This document shows, piece after piece, positions 19,722-29,253 of a stretch of 64,000 bases of DNA. The notes below the pieces were generated by a model. The model was not told where the DNA came from. It searched no databases and saw nothing but the letters and a program-made list of their open reading frames with translations. Position 1 is the first letter of the stretch, and the number at the start of each line of letters is the position of its first letter. The translations under genes were made by a program, and so were the position numbers. The stretch spans positions 1-64,000 of IMG/VR virus record IMGVR_UViG_3300030107_002709; one strand, given 5' to 3'. Source of the DNA: a virus.

Positions 19722-20684
19722 TTATCCTACTAATCTTTCCTCTGTATGAGCACCACACTCGACTAGTGCAGCTTGTGCTATCTTTAGAGCATCATCACTA
19801 ACATCACAGACAGTACAGTCACGATCAAGATTAAATGCTGCTACAGCAGTGGTTCCAGACCCACAAAAAGGGTCAAAAACTGTCCCATCTTTAGGACATG
19901 ATGACTTGATGATCCTTTCCAATAACTTTACGGGTTTCTGGGTAGGATACTTACGCTTATTCTTCTCTGATCTAGAGATGAAATGTATATCATCCCAGAA
20001 ATTTTGAATAGGAGACCCCTTAGACTCAGATAGATAGATCTTCTTGTATGGTAGGTTGTTACCATAATGAATCAGACCTTGAGCATCAAGCTCTTTAGTC
20101 TTATCGAAGTCAAATCTCCACCCATACTCAGGATCATACATCTTATACTGATACTTATGACCTGGTCTAGACTTCTCACCAGTCAGTTTGCCTAGTGCAT
20201 AGAAACCTTTCTCATCCTTATTCTTAAATGAGTTGGCTTCATAGGTAGGATCTAGTGGTTGGTACTGCACATCAAAATATGGGTCACCTTTACGGAAAGT
20301 CATGATAGAATCAACGATGTTGCCCCATCCCTTCTTAATGTTATTCTTTGGACCTGACCTCTTCCATGATATATTGGTGTAAAACTTACTTCTAACCTCT
20401 TTAGTAAGGTCACCTAGTACCAGTGCATTACTATCAAAGTTATTGTGGCAGTACAACCAACCATTTGGTTTCAGTGCTGCATAACAGTCTTGTATTACGG
20501 TAGCATACCACTCAATATATGCATCAGTTGACTCCCATTTATCATCAAAGGAGACCTTCTTGTCCTCTTCAAACATGAAGAACTCCCTATCGAGACCGAA
20601 GGGAGGGTCGATGTATATTAGGTCGTATTTTTCGCCATAATTATTGAGGTTTTCAACCCTCTCTTTTCTCAATTTGATCGTCAT
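19722..20684 (-). CDS. N6-adenine/N4-cytosine DNA methyltransferase (beta class)
   Basis: LIYIDPPF, YPTQKP..LL.RII, DPFCGSGTT. Confidence 0.9.
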   Translation of the reverse strand: MTIKLRKERVENLNNYGEKYDLIYIDPPFGLDREFFMFEEDKKVSFDDKWESTDAYIEWYATVIQDCYAALKPNGWLYCHNNFDSNALVLGDLTKEVRSKFYTNISWKRSGPKNNIKKGWGNIVDSIMTFRKGDPYFDVQYQPLDPTYEANSFKNKDEKGFYALGKLTGEKSRPGHKYQYKMYDPEYGWRFDFDKTKELDAQGLIHYGNNLPYKKIYLSESKGSPIQNFWDDIHFISRSEKNKRKYPTQKPVKLLERIIKSSCPKDGTVFDPFCGSGTTAVAAFNLDRDCTVCDVSDDALKIAQAALVECGAHTEERLVG

Positions 20685-20708
20685 AATAATTTTCCCACGG
20701 ATCGGGTA

Positions 20709-20957
20709 TTAAATTCCTTGGTCTTTCTGGTTCTGGAAGAACTCCTTCAGGCTCGACTGGCAGTTGGGTGGTTCTGGGTCTTTGATACCCTTCTTCCTCT
20801 TCCAGTCGTTGTGCATCGCTTGCATCAACCAACTCTGAGATAGACTCTTCGGTCCATTCATCAGCAATTCTCTGTTCAGTTTGCCGTGAGCTTTCATACC
20901 GAGGTATTCTTCTCTCCACGACTCGTCTCGTGGTTCGGGTTCTGTACTTTGAGTCAT
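20709..20957 (-). CDS. conserved cyanophage hypothetical protein
   Basis: Coupled to nrdB stop; WREEY..MK...GPKSLSQSW. Confidence 0.65.
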   Translation of the reverse strand: MTQSTEPEPRDESWREEYLGMKAHGKLNRELLMNGPKSLSQSWLMQAMHNDWKRKKGIKDPEPPNCQSSLKEFFQNQKDQGI

Positions 20958-22117
20958 AATTTGAAATCAGCGAAAGTATCTTTCTTAACATCTTGTTTTA
21001 TACTCCCTATCATATAGCTTTCAACCTCTGTCTCCTGTGGTGCTACTTGGAGTCCTTTAGAAGACAACCAGTGTGCAGTCCAAGGGAGTGGATTATTGGC
21101 TAGCGGTGTATCGTATATAGGTTTCAACCCCATCGATTTTAACCTACGGTTAGCAGTCCATTCAACATACTTCTGTAATAATACATCATTAAGTCCAATT
21201 ATGCTACCATCCTTAAACAAATACTCTGCCCACTCCTTTTCTTCTTGAACACACTCCCTAAACATTTGGTAAACATTCTCTTCTTCTTCCTTAGCAATCT
21301 CTACCATGTCTGGATCGTCACCTTCATTCCACTTGTTTAGTATATTGTTCGTGACTCCCATGTGTTGTGACTCATCACGAGCAATAAGGGAGATAATCTT
21401 TGCTGATCCTTCAAGTAACTTGAGCTCACCAAAGGCAAAGCTGCAAGCGAAAGAGACATAAAAGCGAATACCTTCAAGAATGTATACATTAGCAACTGCC
21501 CTATAAAGTTTACGTTTAAGATCCTTCAGTGTCCACTCAGCATTAGGATGTTCTTTCCATCCATCCTTCCATAAGTTACTTTGTCCATATTCCTGTGCAT
21601 AATTAATGAAATCATCATATGCTTTAGTCACTGACTGAGCACGTGCAAGTATCTTATCATCATCAAGAATAGTATCAAAGACCTCAGATGGATCTGGATA
21701 TACATTTTTAATGATGTGAGTGTATGACCTACTATGAATCATCTCCATAGTCTGCCATATATTCATACAACCTTCAAGCTCAGGTAGTGAACAGTATGGA
21801 GCAAAAGCCATACCAGGAGCACGACCTTGTACACTGTCCAAGAGGATTTGATACTTGAGATTGCTAGTAAATATGTGTTTCTGTGCTGCATTTAAAGTCT
21901 GATAATCTGCCCGATCTTTCTGGAGTGATACCTCTTCAGGTCTCCAGAAAAATCCTAATTGTGTCTGTGTTAGCTTGTCGAAGATAGGATATTTAAACTT
22001 ATCATATCTTTGTACTCCTAAAGGAGGACCAAAGAACATCTGTCCTTTGGTAGTATCAACTTTCTTCGTATTGAAGACGGTCATACCACTGATTCCATCA
22101 GATTTTGCAGCTATCAC
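20954..22117 (-). CDS. nrdB: ribonucleotide reductase class Ia beta subunit
   Basis: FWRPEEVSL, EMIHSRSY, LEGIRFYVSF, IARDESQH; GTG start after GAGGAGG. Confidence 0.96.
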   Translation of the reverse strand: MIAAKSDGISGMTVFNTKKVDTTKGQMFFGPPLGVQRYDKFKYPIFDKLTQTQLGFFWRPEEVSLQKDRADYQTLNAAQKHIFTSNLKYQILLDSVQGRAPGMAFAPYCSLPELEGCMNIWQTMEMIHSRSYTHIIKNVYPDPSEVFDTILDDDKILARAQSVTKAYDDFINYAQEYGQSNLWKDGWKEHPNAEWTLKDLKRKLYRAVANVYILEGIRFYVSFACSFAFGELKLLEGSAKIISLIARDESQHMGVTNNILNKWNEGDDPDMVEIAKEEEENVYQMFRECVQEEKEWAEYLFKDGSIIGLNDVLLQKYVEWTANRRLKSMGLKPIYDTPLANNPLPWTAHWLSSKGLQVAPQETEVESYMIGSIKQDVKKDTFADFKL

Positions 22118-24413
22118 AGTCTTCCTCCTCGGTAGCAAATATGTCGTCTAGAAGATTTTGAACTGATTCTTTATTTGAATCCAGATCAACCTCATCTGTT
22201 TTACTATCATATGTATTCTGGTAGTAAGATGTCTTCCAACCATATTTGTAAGTTGTTAGCAAATCTTGAGCCATCACTGAGGTAGGAACCTCATTGTTCT
22301 CAAACTGTTGAGGATTATAACTCCAATTACCACTGATTGCTTGGTCAAAGAACTTCTGCATCACTGCTACTATATTAACATAACCAGCATTAGAAGGCAT
22401 ATCCCAAAGGAGCGTGTAATTATTCTTAAGGGTGGCAATGTTAGGTACGATCTGTTTAAGTGGTCCCTTCTTAGACTTCTTCGTTGAGATATAATCTCTG
22501 GGTGGTTCAATACCATTTGTAGCATTAGAGACAACAGATGAGGACTCTGAAGGCATCTGTGCCGATAGAGTGCTATGTCTGAGTCCGTGAATTCTGATAG
22601 ACTCTCTAAGTTCTTCCCAGTCATAGTTAAGTTTGTTGGGTACAATTTCATCTACATCTTTTTTGTAAGTATCTATGGGTAGATAACCATCAAAATACTT
22701 TGTTTGACTGAATCCATCACAAGATCCTTTCTCTTCAGCAATCTTATTAGATGCTTTGAGTAGATTGTATTGGAATGCTTCAGTCAAGTCATGAACTAAC
22801 TTCCATGCTTCTGGATCCTCATACTTAACACCATTCTTAGCAAGATAATGTGCTAAACCAATGTATCCTATACCAAGAGAACGTCTAGCAAGGGTGCTCT
22901 TACGTGCTGCTTCCACTGGATACTTCTGATAATCAATTAACTCTTCTAGAGCTCGTACAGATAGATCACAAAGCTCTTCCATCTCCTCTAAGTTACGTAG
23001 TTTACCCACGTTAACAGCAGATAAAATACACAATGCTATCTCACCACCACCATCGATATGTTGAATAGGATCTGTAGGTAGAGTGATCTCCTGACAGAGA
23101 TTACTCATGTATACTTTATCCTTAAAGGATGAATGAGTGTTACAATGGTCAATATTCATGATGTAAATACGACCAGTCTCTGCTCTCTCCTTTAAGAGGT
23201 CGAGAATAAGCTCTTGTGCTCCAATGGTACTTCTTGGGACGGTTGGGTCGGACTCGAATTGAGTATAGAGTTCGTCAAAGGTATCGCCACCAAAAGCGTC
23301 ATAGAGCCCAGGAACATCATGAGGGCTGAATAGGCTAATAGTACCGTTCGTGATAAATCGCTCATAGAATAATTTAGATAATTGTATGCTGTAGTCTAAC
23401 TTTCTGACTCGGTTGTCTTCTGTTCCTTTGTTGTTTTTGAGGACGAGGATGTCTTCGATTTCTTGATGCCAGATAGGAAAGTGGACAGTAGCTGACCCTC
23501 CTCTGATGCCGTTTTGCGTACAGCATCTAACAGTACTCTCGAATTTTTTAAGGAAGGGGACCACACCTGTGTGTTGAACTTCTCCACCACGGATTTTGCT
23601 GTTGATGCCCCTGATTCTGCCTGCGTTAATACCGATACCAGCCCTCTGTGCGACATATTTGCCAATAGCCATGTCGCTGCTAAAGATACTATCGAGGGTG
23701 TCATCAATATCAACCAGAACACAAGATGCAAATTGACGAATAGGTGTTCTGACTCCTGCAATGACTGGTGTTGGGATGTTGATGTAGTGTCTGCTGATTG
23801 CGTTGTAGTATCTTCGGACATAATCCAGTCTCGTTTCTAAGGGATAGCTTTGAAAGAGAGTAGTAGCAATCATTATATACATGTACTGCGGTGTCTCATA
23901 CACCTCATTAGTACTACGATCTTGTACAAGATACTTATCTGCTACTTGTCTAAGACCAGCGTATGTAAACAATAGATCACGATCATGATCTATCCACGAA
24001 TCAATTTTATCCCACTCTTCTTTGGTGTATTTAGATAATATGCTACCATCGTATACACCTTTTGTTACACACGCTGTAGCATGATCAAATAGATGGGGGT
24101 ATCCCTTTGGCCATTGAGAACCAAACACCTGCTTTCTAAGTCCATACAGAAGCAATCTAGCAGCAGCAAATTGATAATTAGGTTGCTCTAAACTAATCAG
24201 ATCACTCGCAGATCTAACAAGAATTTCTTGAATATCTTGTGTCTCTATTCCATCATAGAATTGTAGACCAGAATTCATTTCTATTTGGGATGCACTAACA
24301 CCACTACCAAGACCTTCACAAGCGTCTGCTACTACTCTATGAATCTTTTCAAGGTTTAACCCCTCTATAGCACCATCACGCTTATGTACTTTAATGTCTG
24401 TTCCGTTGCTCAT
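22098..24413 (-). CDS. nrdA: ribonucleotide reductase class Ia alpha subunit
   Basis: ATP cone, QFASCVL, SNLCQEI, MPSESSS, C-terminal CDSC. Confidence 0.97.
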   Translation of the reverse strand: MSNGTDIKVHKRDGAIEGLNLEKIHRVVADACEGLGSGVSASQIEMNSGLQFYDGIETQDIQEILVRSASDLISLEQPNYQFAAARLLLYGLRKQVFGSQWPKGYPHLFDHATACVTKGVYDGSILSKYTKEEWDKIDSWIDHDRDLLFTYAGLRQVADKYLVQDRSTNEVYETPQYMYIMIATTLFQSYPLETRLDYVRRYYNAISRHYINIPTPVIAGVRTPIRQFASCVLVDIDDTLDSIFSSDMAIGKYVAQRAGIGINAGRIRGINSKIRGGEVQHTGVVPFLKKFESTVRCCTQNGIRGGSATVHFPIWHQEIEDILVLKNNKGTEDNRVRKLDYSIQLSKLFYERFITNGTISLFSPHDVPGLYDAFGGDTFDELYTQFESDPTVPRSTIGAQELILDLLKERAETGRIYIMNIDHCNTHSSFKDKVYMSNLCQEITLPTDPIQHIDGGGEIALCILSAVNVGKLRNLEEMEELCDLSVRALEELIDYQKYPVEAARKSTLARRSLGIGYIGLAHYLAKNGVKYEDPEAWKLVHDLTEAFQYNLLKASNKIAEEKGSCDGFSQTKYFDGYLPIDTYKKDVDEIVPNKLNYDWEELRESIRIHGLRHSTLSAQMPSESSSVVSNATNGIEPPRDYISTKKSKKGPLKQIVPNIATLKNNYTLLWDMPSNAGYVNIVAVMQKFFDQAISGNWSYNPQQFENNEVPTSVMAQDLLTTYKYGWKTSYYQNTYDSKTDEVDLDSNKESVQNLLDDIFATEEEDCDSCKI

Positions 24414-25396
24414 ACTTTTTTCCAATCGTTAAGTCTAAGGTTTGCTTCTAGTCCGTAGTATACATTAGATTCTACCACGGTTTGTACGTTATGTCCAGCT
24501 AAGAACATATCATTGATGTCCTTCTCCTGTATATTCTTAGGCCATATTACGACCTTATCTCCTCTGTCCACGGATCGGGAGATTCTACTGACGATTTCTC
24601 TGTTGCGTGGTTCATTATCATAAACCCAAATATAATCGCTCCAACTATACGTCCGAGGATCAACATCGGAGCCAGCCATAGCAACCGAGTTTTTAAGAAA
24701 TGTCGCATCGAATGGTCCTTCTGTAATGTAAACTGGTTTATCCTTATTAATCCTATCCAATCCAAAGATCTTAGGTCTGCTCTCATCAAGCATGATCGTG
24801 ATATACCTCATCTTTGCCGTAGGGGCTAACGATCTTCCTTGATACCCAAAGAGCTTACCATCACTGTCTTTGAATGGTATAATTATTCTCGGACTATCTT
24901 TTCTTGCTGTATCATATGTCTTCTTCTGCTTGTTTGTCCAAGCTTTAAACTTAGGACAATAGTAGAAGTAATCTAGGCATTTGATCTGCCTATCTTCTAA
25001 ATATTTTCTTGCTGGATGTGAGGTATTTAGCTCTGAAATCTTCTCTAAATCAATTGTATTGAAAGTAGGATTTTTGAACTTAAATTTTGGTTCGGGTGTG
25101 AATGTACGTGACCCAGTTTTGTCTCCACTACGAAACTTCTCCATGATATATCGGTCATGGAGTAATGGATCCTGATCCTTCAGAAAATTTGATAGTGTTC
25201 TACCTACACCACAATTGTGACACTTGTAAACATAATCATTCTTTATCTGAAAGATGTATCCCCTAGCTTTATTCTTATGCTTTTTAGAGTCTCCACAGTA
25301 AGGACACCTAAAATTATAAAGACCTCTCTTCTTATTTGAAAAGAGGTTAAGCCTGTGAGATACTAGTGTTATGTACTGTTCGTCTAGTACGGACAT
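24410..25396 (-). CDS. gp61: DNA primase (gp61)
   Basis: CPYCGDS...CHNC zinc finger, TOPRIM EGPFD, DNEPRN, KDIND. Confidence 0.95.
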   Translation of the reverse strand: MSVLDEQYITLVSHRLNLFSNKKRGLYNFRCPYCGDSKKHKNKARGYIFQIKNDYVYKCHNCGVGRTLSNFLKDQDPLLHDRYIMEKFRSGDKTGSRTFTPEPKFKFKNPTFNTIDLEKISELNTSHPARKYLEDRQIKCLDYFYYCPKFKAWTNKQKKTYDTARKDSPRIIIPFKDSDGKLFGYQGRSLAPTAKMRYITIMLDESRPKIFGLDRINKDKPVYITEGPFDATFLKNSVAMAGSDVDPRTYSWSDYIWVYDNEPRNREIVSRISRSVDRGDKVVIWPKNIQEKDINDMFLAGHNVQTVVESNVYYGLEANLRLNDWKKV

Positions 25397-25419
25397 CCAA
25401 TACCTTTATAGTACTCACT

Positions 25420-25448
25420 ACTATACTAGAAAAATTCTATTTCGTCAA
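25420..25448 (-). promoter_or_regulatory. sigma70-like promoter for primase-nrdAB
   Basis: TTGACG-17nt-TATAGT. Confidence 0.7.
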
Positions 25449-25808
25449 CTCTGCTTGTGACGGTTGAAATGCTGGTCCAATAATTTTTTGTCCGATTGGA
25501 CTAACGATGAAAGATATAATAGAAAGAGCACCAAAAATAGTCCACATTTTCTTTTCCATGACCCTAAGACGGTCATCAACCTTTCGTATATCTCTTTCAC
25601 AACCCCTCTTTATATCTAGTGCTTGACGGTTTACTTCACGATGGACTGACTCGATCTTCTCAAAGAGAACACCATCAATCCTATCTTGCTTGTCCAACTT
25701 TTCATTGTGGACGGCAAGAAGGTTTCCCATCTTAACTGAATTGTCTTGGAGAGTATCAACTACTTTCTCCAGCCGCTCTATTATAGCAGCGTTGATACTC
25801 TCAGCCAT
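25437..25808 (-). CDS. coiled-coil protein with C-terminal transmembrane helix
   Basis: Heptad-rich N-terminus, hydrophobic WTIFGALSIISFIV. Confidence 0.7.
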   Translation of the reverse strand: MAESINAAIIERLEKVVDTLQDNSVKMGNLLAVHNEKLDKQDRIDGVLFEKIESVHREVNRQALDIKRGCERDIRKVDDRLRVMEKKMWTIFGALSIISFIVSPIGQKIIGPAFQPSQAELTK

Positions 25809-26530
25809 TAGGTGTTGCGAATTGCGAAATCCAGAGCAGACTGGAAGGTTGACGCATCCTTATTCAACATAAATCTATACTGCTGTTGTTGCTCGTCACC
25901 CAATTGAGCATAGGCAGCTGCTATCTTCTTAGCAGAGAAGTTATCTAAATTCTGTTCGGACTTATCAGCAAAAGTAATCTTAGCAAATTCTGTTTCTCCT
26001 CTAGGATTAAGTTCTGATGTCGCTACTTGTAATGCTACATCTAAAGCATCTTGTGTCGCTGTACTTTCAGTCATAATGTTATCACCTGTGTGTTCCACTT
26101 CATTCTTTTGTAATTTTTTAGTTTGACTAGAAGCTTTCTTCTTGAAGTCAGATAGACGAGCCTTCATAAGGATGTCCATTTCCTTAGACTTGTCTTGCAT
26201 TCCTTTCTTAGCTTGGTCTTTCTTTTTTTGAAGTTGCTTCTGCCTCTTCAATTTTTTCATTTGACCAATCTGCTTTTGAGCACGTTCTGTTTCAGTAGGT
26301 GCTGCTTCAGAAATAGTTGTTTCTAGATCTTCTTTCATTTTCTTACGCTTTTGTATACGAGAGAGCATAGTTTTAGCACCTTTAGTGCGACCATCTACCA
26401 TATCCTGATTCGCTTTTTTATATTTGCGAGCAGATTTAGCATTAACAAATACGAACGCTGGAGGCATACTAAGAGCAGCACCATCGCCAGCCATCATCTC
26501 TTTTATATTAGATTGAGTTGACGTAGACAT
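25808..26530 (-). CDS. hypothetical protein (basic/coiled; possible head-internal protein)
   Basis: Lys/Gln-rich, DGRTK motif; in a late operon. Confidence 0.7.
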   Translation of the reverse strand: MSTSTQSNIKEMMAGDGAALSMPPAFVFVNAKSARKYKKANQDMVDGRTKGAKTMLSRIQKRKKMKEDLETTISEAAPTETERAQKQIGQMKKLKRQKQLQKKKDQAKKGMQDKSKEMDILMKARLSDFKKKASSQTKKLQKNEVEHTGDNIMTESTATQDALDVALQVATSELNPRGETEFAKITFADKSEQNLDNFSAKKIAAAYAQLGDEQQQQYRFMLNKDASTFQSALDFAIRNT

Positions 26531-26859
26531 TCTTGATCAATATCAGTATTTATTGTAGGTGGTAGTCTATCCAGAAAACACATAAAAGCTTTCAGTATAG
26601 ACCAATGTGATGCATCTATCTTAAAGAATAGCAACGGTGTTGCTGCATCACCAAATGCATTATATAGTATTATAATATGATTTAGGATCAAATGAACCTT
26701 GAAATCTCCACTAGTTTCATATCTCCTCAGAAGTCTCTTAATATATTTGAAGCGTTTTAAATCTTCTTCAAAGTCTTCGTAGGTTACTGAGAGTGGGTTA
26801 TCATAATTTTTAATAGCAAACATTAACCAGTTGTCCTGGTTCAATTCATCAAAATTCAT
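26503..26859 (-). CDS. conserved T4-like cyanophage hypothetical protein
   Basis: FAIKNYDNP...FEEDLKRFKYIKRL...LILNHIIILYN.FG. Confidence 0.75.
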   Translation of the reverse strand: MNFDELNQDNWLMFAIKNYDNPLSVTYEDFEEDLKRFKYIKRLLRRYETSGDFKVHLILNHIIILYNAFGDAATPLLFFKIDASHWSILKAFMCFLDRLPPTINTDIDQECLRQLNLI

Positions 26860-26864
26860 TTACA

Positions 26865-27662
26865 TTAGCTAACGAATGTTAGTGTAGCAGCACCATTAGT
26901 AATTACTTCAACACCACCAATGGAGTTGTTAACTTTAACTCTGAACTTATCTCCAGTCTCATCAGCAGTTTGACCAGTGAGTGCAAGAGATGCAGAAGTT
27001 GCACCTGATACATCTGTCCATTCTCCACCAGTAACATCAAGTTTTTGCCACTGATAGGTAAGAGATGCTCCAGCTCCTGTAGAAGATGCAGCAACAGTAA
27101 ATGTTGCATCACCACTAGAGGTATTCTGGTTAGCAGGTTGAGTATCAATTGTAATCAAGGAAGTAATATCACCAGCAATTGTATCATCAGTGAAGTCTCC
27201 ACTGAATGCAGTACCATCTTTGTAAGATGTAATCAATTCTGACTTATGACGAGTGGAACCAGCAGCATCTGTATATGTCCTGTATGCCCACCATCCAGGA
27301 CTAGAGATACCACGTGCTTTGTTCTCACTAAGTTGTGCTTCTGCCTGACTTACACCAACAATACTAGTTGTAGATGCAGCAGAAGTACCACCACTCAATA
27401 GGAAATCAGCCAATGCCTTGGGTGCAGTACGTCTTTGTACTTTATTTGCTGCTAGTGTAGCATTGGTACTACCAGCATATGCTTTACCGAGGGTAATAGT
27501 ATTACCTACGACTGCCTTAGTATAGTACTGAACTCCGTCCAGAACTATAATGTCTCCAGCAACGATAGTATCTGCGTTACCTTTAGTAACAGTTGTTGTG
27601 CCATTTTCAACTGCAACGGTAGCAGTAAAATCAGCACTGTCTATAGATCCAAGTATGGGCAT
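26865..27662 (-). CDS. virion decoration protein with C-terminal Ig-like domain (Hoc-like)
   Basis: ITIDTQP...ATFTV.A.....LTYQWQK...SLALT....D..KFRVKV Ig pattern; perfect TATAAATA at 27702-27709. Confidence 0.7.
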   Translation of the reverse strand: MPILGSIDSADFTATVAVENGTTTVTKGNADTIVAGDIIVLDGVQYYTKAVVGNTITLGKAYAGSTNATLAANKVQRRTAPKALADFLLSGGTSAASTTSIVGVSQAEAQLSENKARGISSPGWWAYRTYTDAAGSTRHKSELITSYKDGTAFSGDFTDDTIAGDITSLITIDTQPANQNTSSGDATFTVAASSTGAGASLTYQWQKLDVTGGEWTDVSGATSASLALTGQTADETGDKFRVKVNNSIGGVEVITNGAATLTFVS

Positions 27663-27700
27663 GACTTAATTCCTATTGATTTACAATTAATTTCCTGAAG

Positions 27701-28294
27701 TTATTTATAATATTTGAGAGCTGCTTCATAATAGTCACCTATATTATGGTCAGCAACTCCATCAAAACGAGTATCTTTCTCGTCCTCTAGTTTGATAACT
27801 GGATGAGTGTGTACATAGCCAGCGAGCCAAGGAGGAGTCCCTGGAACAATGTCATCACCATGCACAAACCGAAGATGTTCAAGATCTTTGATCCTCTTTC
27901 TAAGCTTACGTCCACCTGGTCTAGGTGAACCAGCAGTTACAAGTGCAATATTCTTATTGCCTGACTCCCATAACAAGTCTGCAATAAGTGTTGCGGTAGC
28001 TCCACCAAGAGAATGACCTGCAATAACAAGCTTTCTCTTAGGATCCAAACCTTCATATGCTACCACTAGTTCTGCTAGTGTCCTGTTAGCATTGTTCTTG
28101 AATCCTCTGTGACAATCGTCACGTTTAATAAGAAACTTCAGATTGGTTACCCAGTCTGTAGTCTCATTAGTTCCTTCAACTGCAAGAATGGTATGACCTT
28201 CCACCTTCCTACTAACTAGGAAGTCTTGCTTATGTGGATACACATCTCTACAGCACTTAAGTGCTTCGAGTATTGCCTCTTTTGCTAAAGTCAT
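27701..28294 (-). CDS. class 3 lipase-like alpha/beta hydrolase
   Basis: HRGF, GHSLGG nucleophile elbow, GSPRPG, DIVP, DH: full Ser-Asp-His triad. Confidence 0.85.
   Translation of the reverse strand: MTLAKEAILEALKCCRDVYPHKQDFLVSRKVEGHTILAVEGTNETTDWVTNLKFLIKRDDCHRGFKNNANRTLAELVVAYEGLDPKRKLVIAGHSLGGATATLIADLLWESGNKNIALVTAGSPRPGGRKLRKRIKDLEHLRFVHGDDIVPGTPPWLAGYVHTHPVIKLEDEKDTRFDGVADHNIGDYYEAALKYYK
27702..27709 (-). promoter_or_regulatory. late promoter TATAAATA
   Basis: Exact T4 late consensus 40 nt upstream of the Ig-domain gene. Confidence 0.8.
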
Positions 28295-28314
28295 GATAAA
28301 AACTCAATTAATAT

Positions 28315-28321
28315 TATTTAT
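28315..28321 (-). promoter_or_regulatory. late promoter (ATAAATA)
   Basis: 21 nt upstream of the lipase start. Confidence 0.65.
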
Positions 28322-28467
28322 CCCTTCACGTATATATCTGGTCCTTTCTTTGGGTTCTTCTGATCTTTACCATCGTCAATACGAGGCATGATCTCAACTG
28401 TCTTCTTCTTTTTAGACTTGCCTTCTTCTAGACCCCATCTATCATGTGCAAGCCCTTCTACTTTTTT
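28318..28467 (-). other. putative -1 frameshift site and 47-codon extension frame
   Basis: A_AAA_AAG (28461-28467) immediately before TAG; -1 frame open to TAA at 28318 with no early in-frame start; stem-loop 5 nt downstream. Confidence 0.6.
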
Positions 28468-29009
28468 CTAGAATAACTCATTATTTTATCGATGGTCTTC
28501 TGCTTCTTAGACTCACATGCTGCTTCTTCTTCAACTACTGTGCCTTCTCTCTCTGCAGCTGCTTTCTCCCATCTCTCTTTAGTTATAGTGAAAGTAGTCT
28601 GAGTCATTTCACTAAGTTCTGTAAGAATCTCTTCTAACTTAGCTTCTAATTCTTCTCTAGTTGCCTTCTTCTCAACTTCAACCTCTTCTCTCTTAATAGC
28701 AGTCTGCAAATGCTTTATCTCAGCACCATGTGACTGCTTAATCTTTGTGCTATCAGGTGCACCAGCATTAGCCTTAGGATCCTTTGTACTATCATCATCA
28801 GTGTTAACCACTTTAATAGTAGGGATAGTTTCCTTATCAAATTCAGGCTTAGGTATAGTACCTATTGGTGTTTCAATAGTAGCAGGTTCCTCTTTGATGG
28901 TGGTTCCTTGGAAGGTATTTCCATCCATCCACTGTGCATATGATTCGATTAGTGCTTTAGAATAATCATCATTATGTTGCACTGATGTTGTAGGTGCTTG
29001 CTTGTCCAT
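28458..29009 (-). CDS. acidic hypothetical protein (possible head-internal protein)
   Basis: 183-aa ORF with TATAAATA at 29037-29044 upstream. Confidence 0.75.
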   Translation of the reverse strand: MDKQAPTTSVQHNDDYSKALIESYAQWMDGNTFQGTTIKEEPATIETPIGTIPKPEFDKETIPTIKVVNTDDDSTKDPKANAGAPDSTKIKQSHGAEIKHLQTAIKREEVEVEKKATREELEAKLEEILTELSEMTQTTFTITKERWEKAAAEREGTVVEEEAACESKKQKTIDKIMSYSRKK

Positions 29010-29253
29010 GAGTAAAAAAGGCTGTTCTTCTTGGTTTATTTATACTTTCATTGACTTCTCTTATGTCCCTCACCCAAGCTCTAAACATTTCATGGGCTTC
29101 GGAAACACAAATAACATAGTTCGGTCCAGTGCGGATTATCTTCCCCTTGATACCAGTGTTAACATTCATCACAGTCTGTCCCTCAGTGAAGCATTCCTTC
29201 TGTCTGAAGTTCTGTCTTACTGCTTGATTTTTAATATCTCTAAATGTTTTCAC
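28972..29253 (-). CDS. small beta-rich hypothetical protein coupled to the nucleotidyltransferase
   Basis: F.EG..V....TG..GKIIR.GPNYVIC SH3/KOW-like pattern; start overlaps upstream stop. Confidence 0.7.
   Translation of the reverse strand: MKTFRDIKNQAVRQNFRQKECFTEGQTVMNVNTGIKGKIIRTGPNYVICVSEAHEMFRAWVRDIREVNESINKPRRTAFFTHGQASTYNISAT

Noticed and set aside
19262-20684. Restriction-modification pair (methyltransferase + GIY-YIG)
   Set aside because: The GIY-YIG gene has its own late promoter and is a short type common in cyanophages; only adjacency supports pairing
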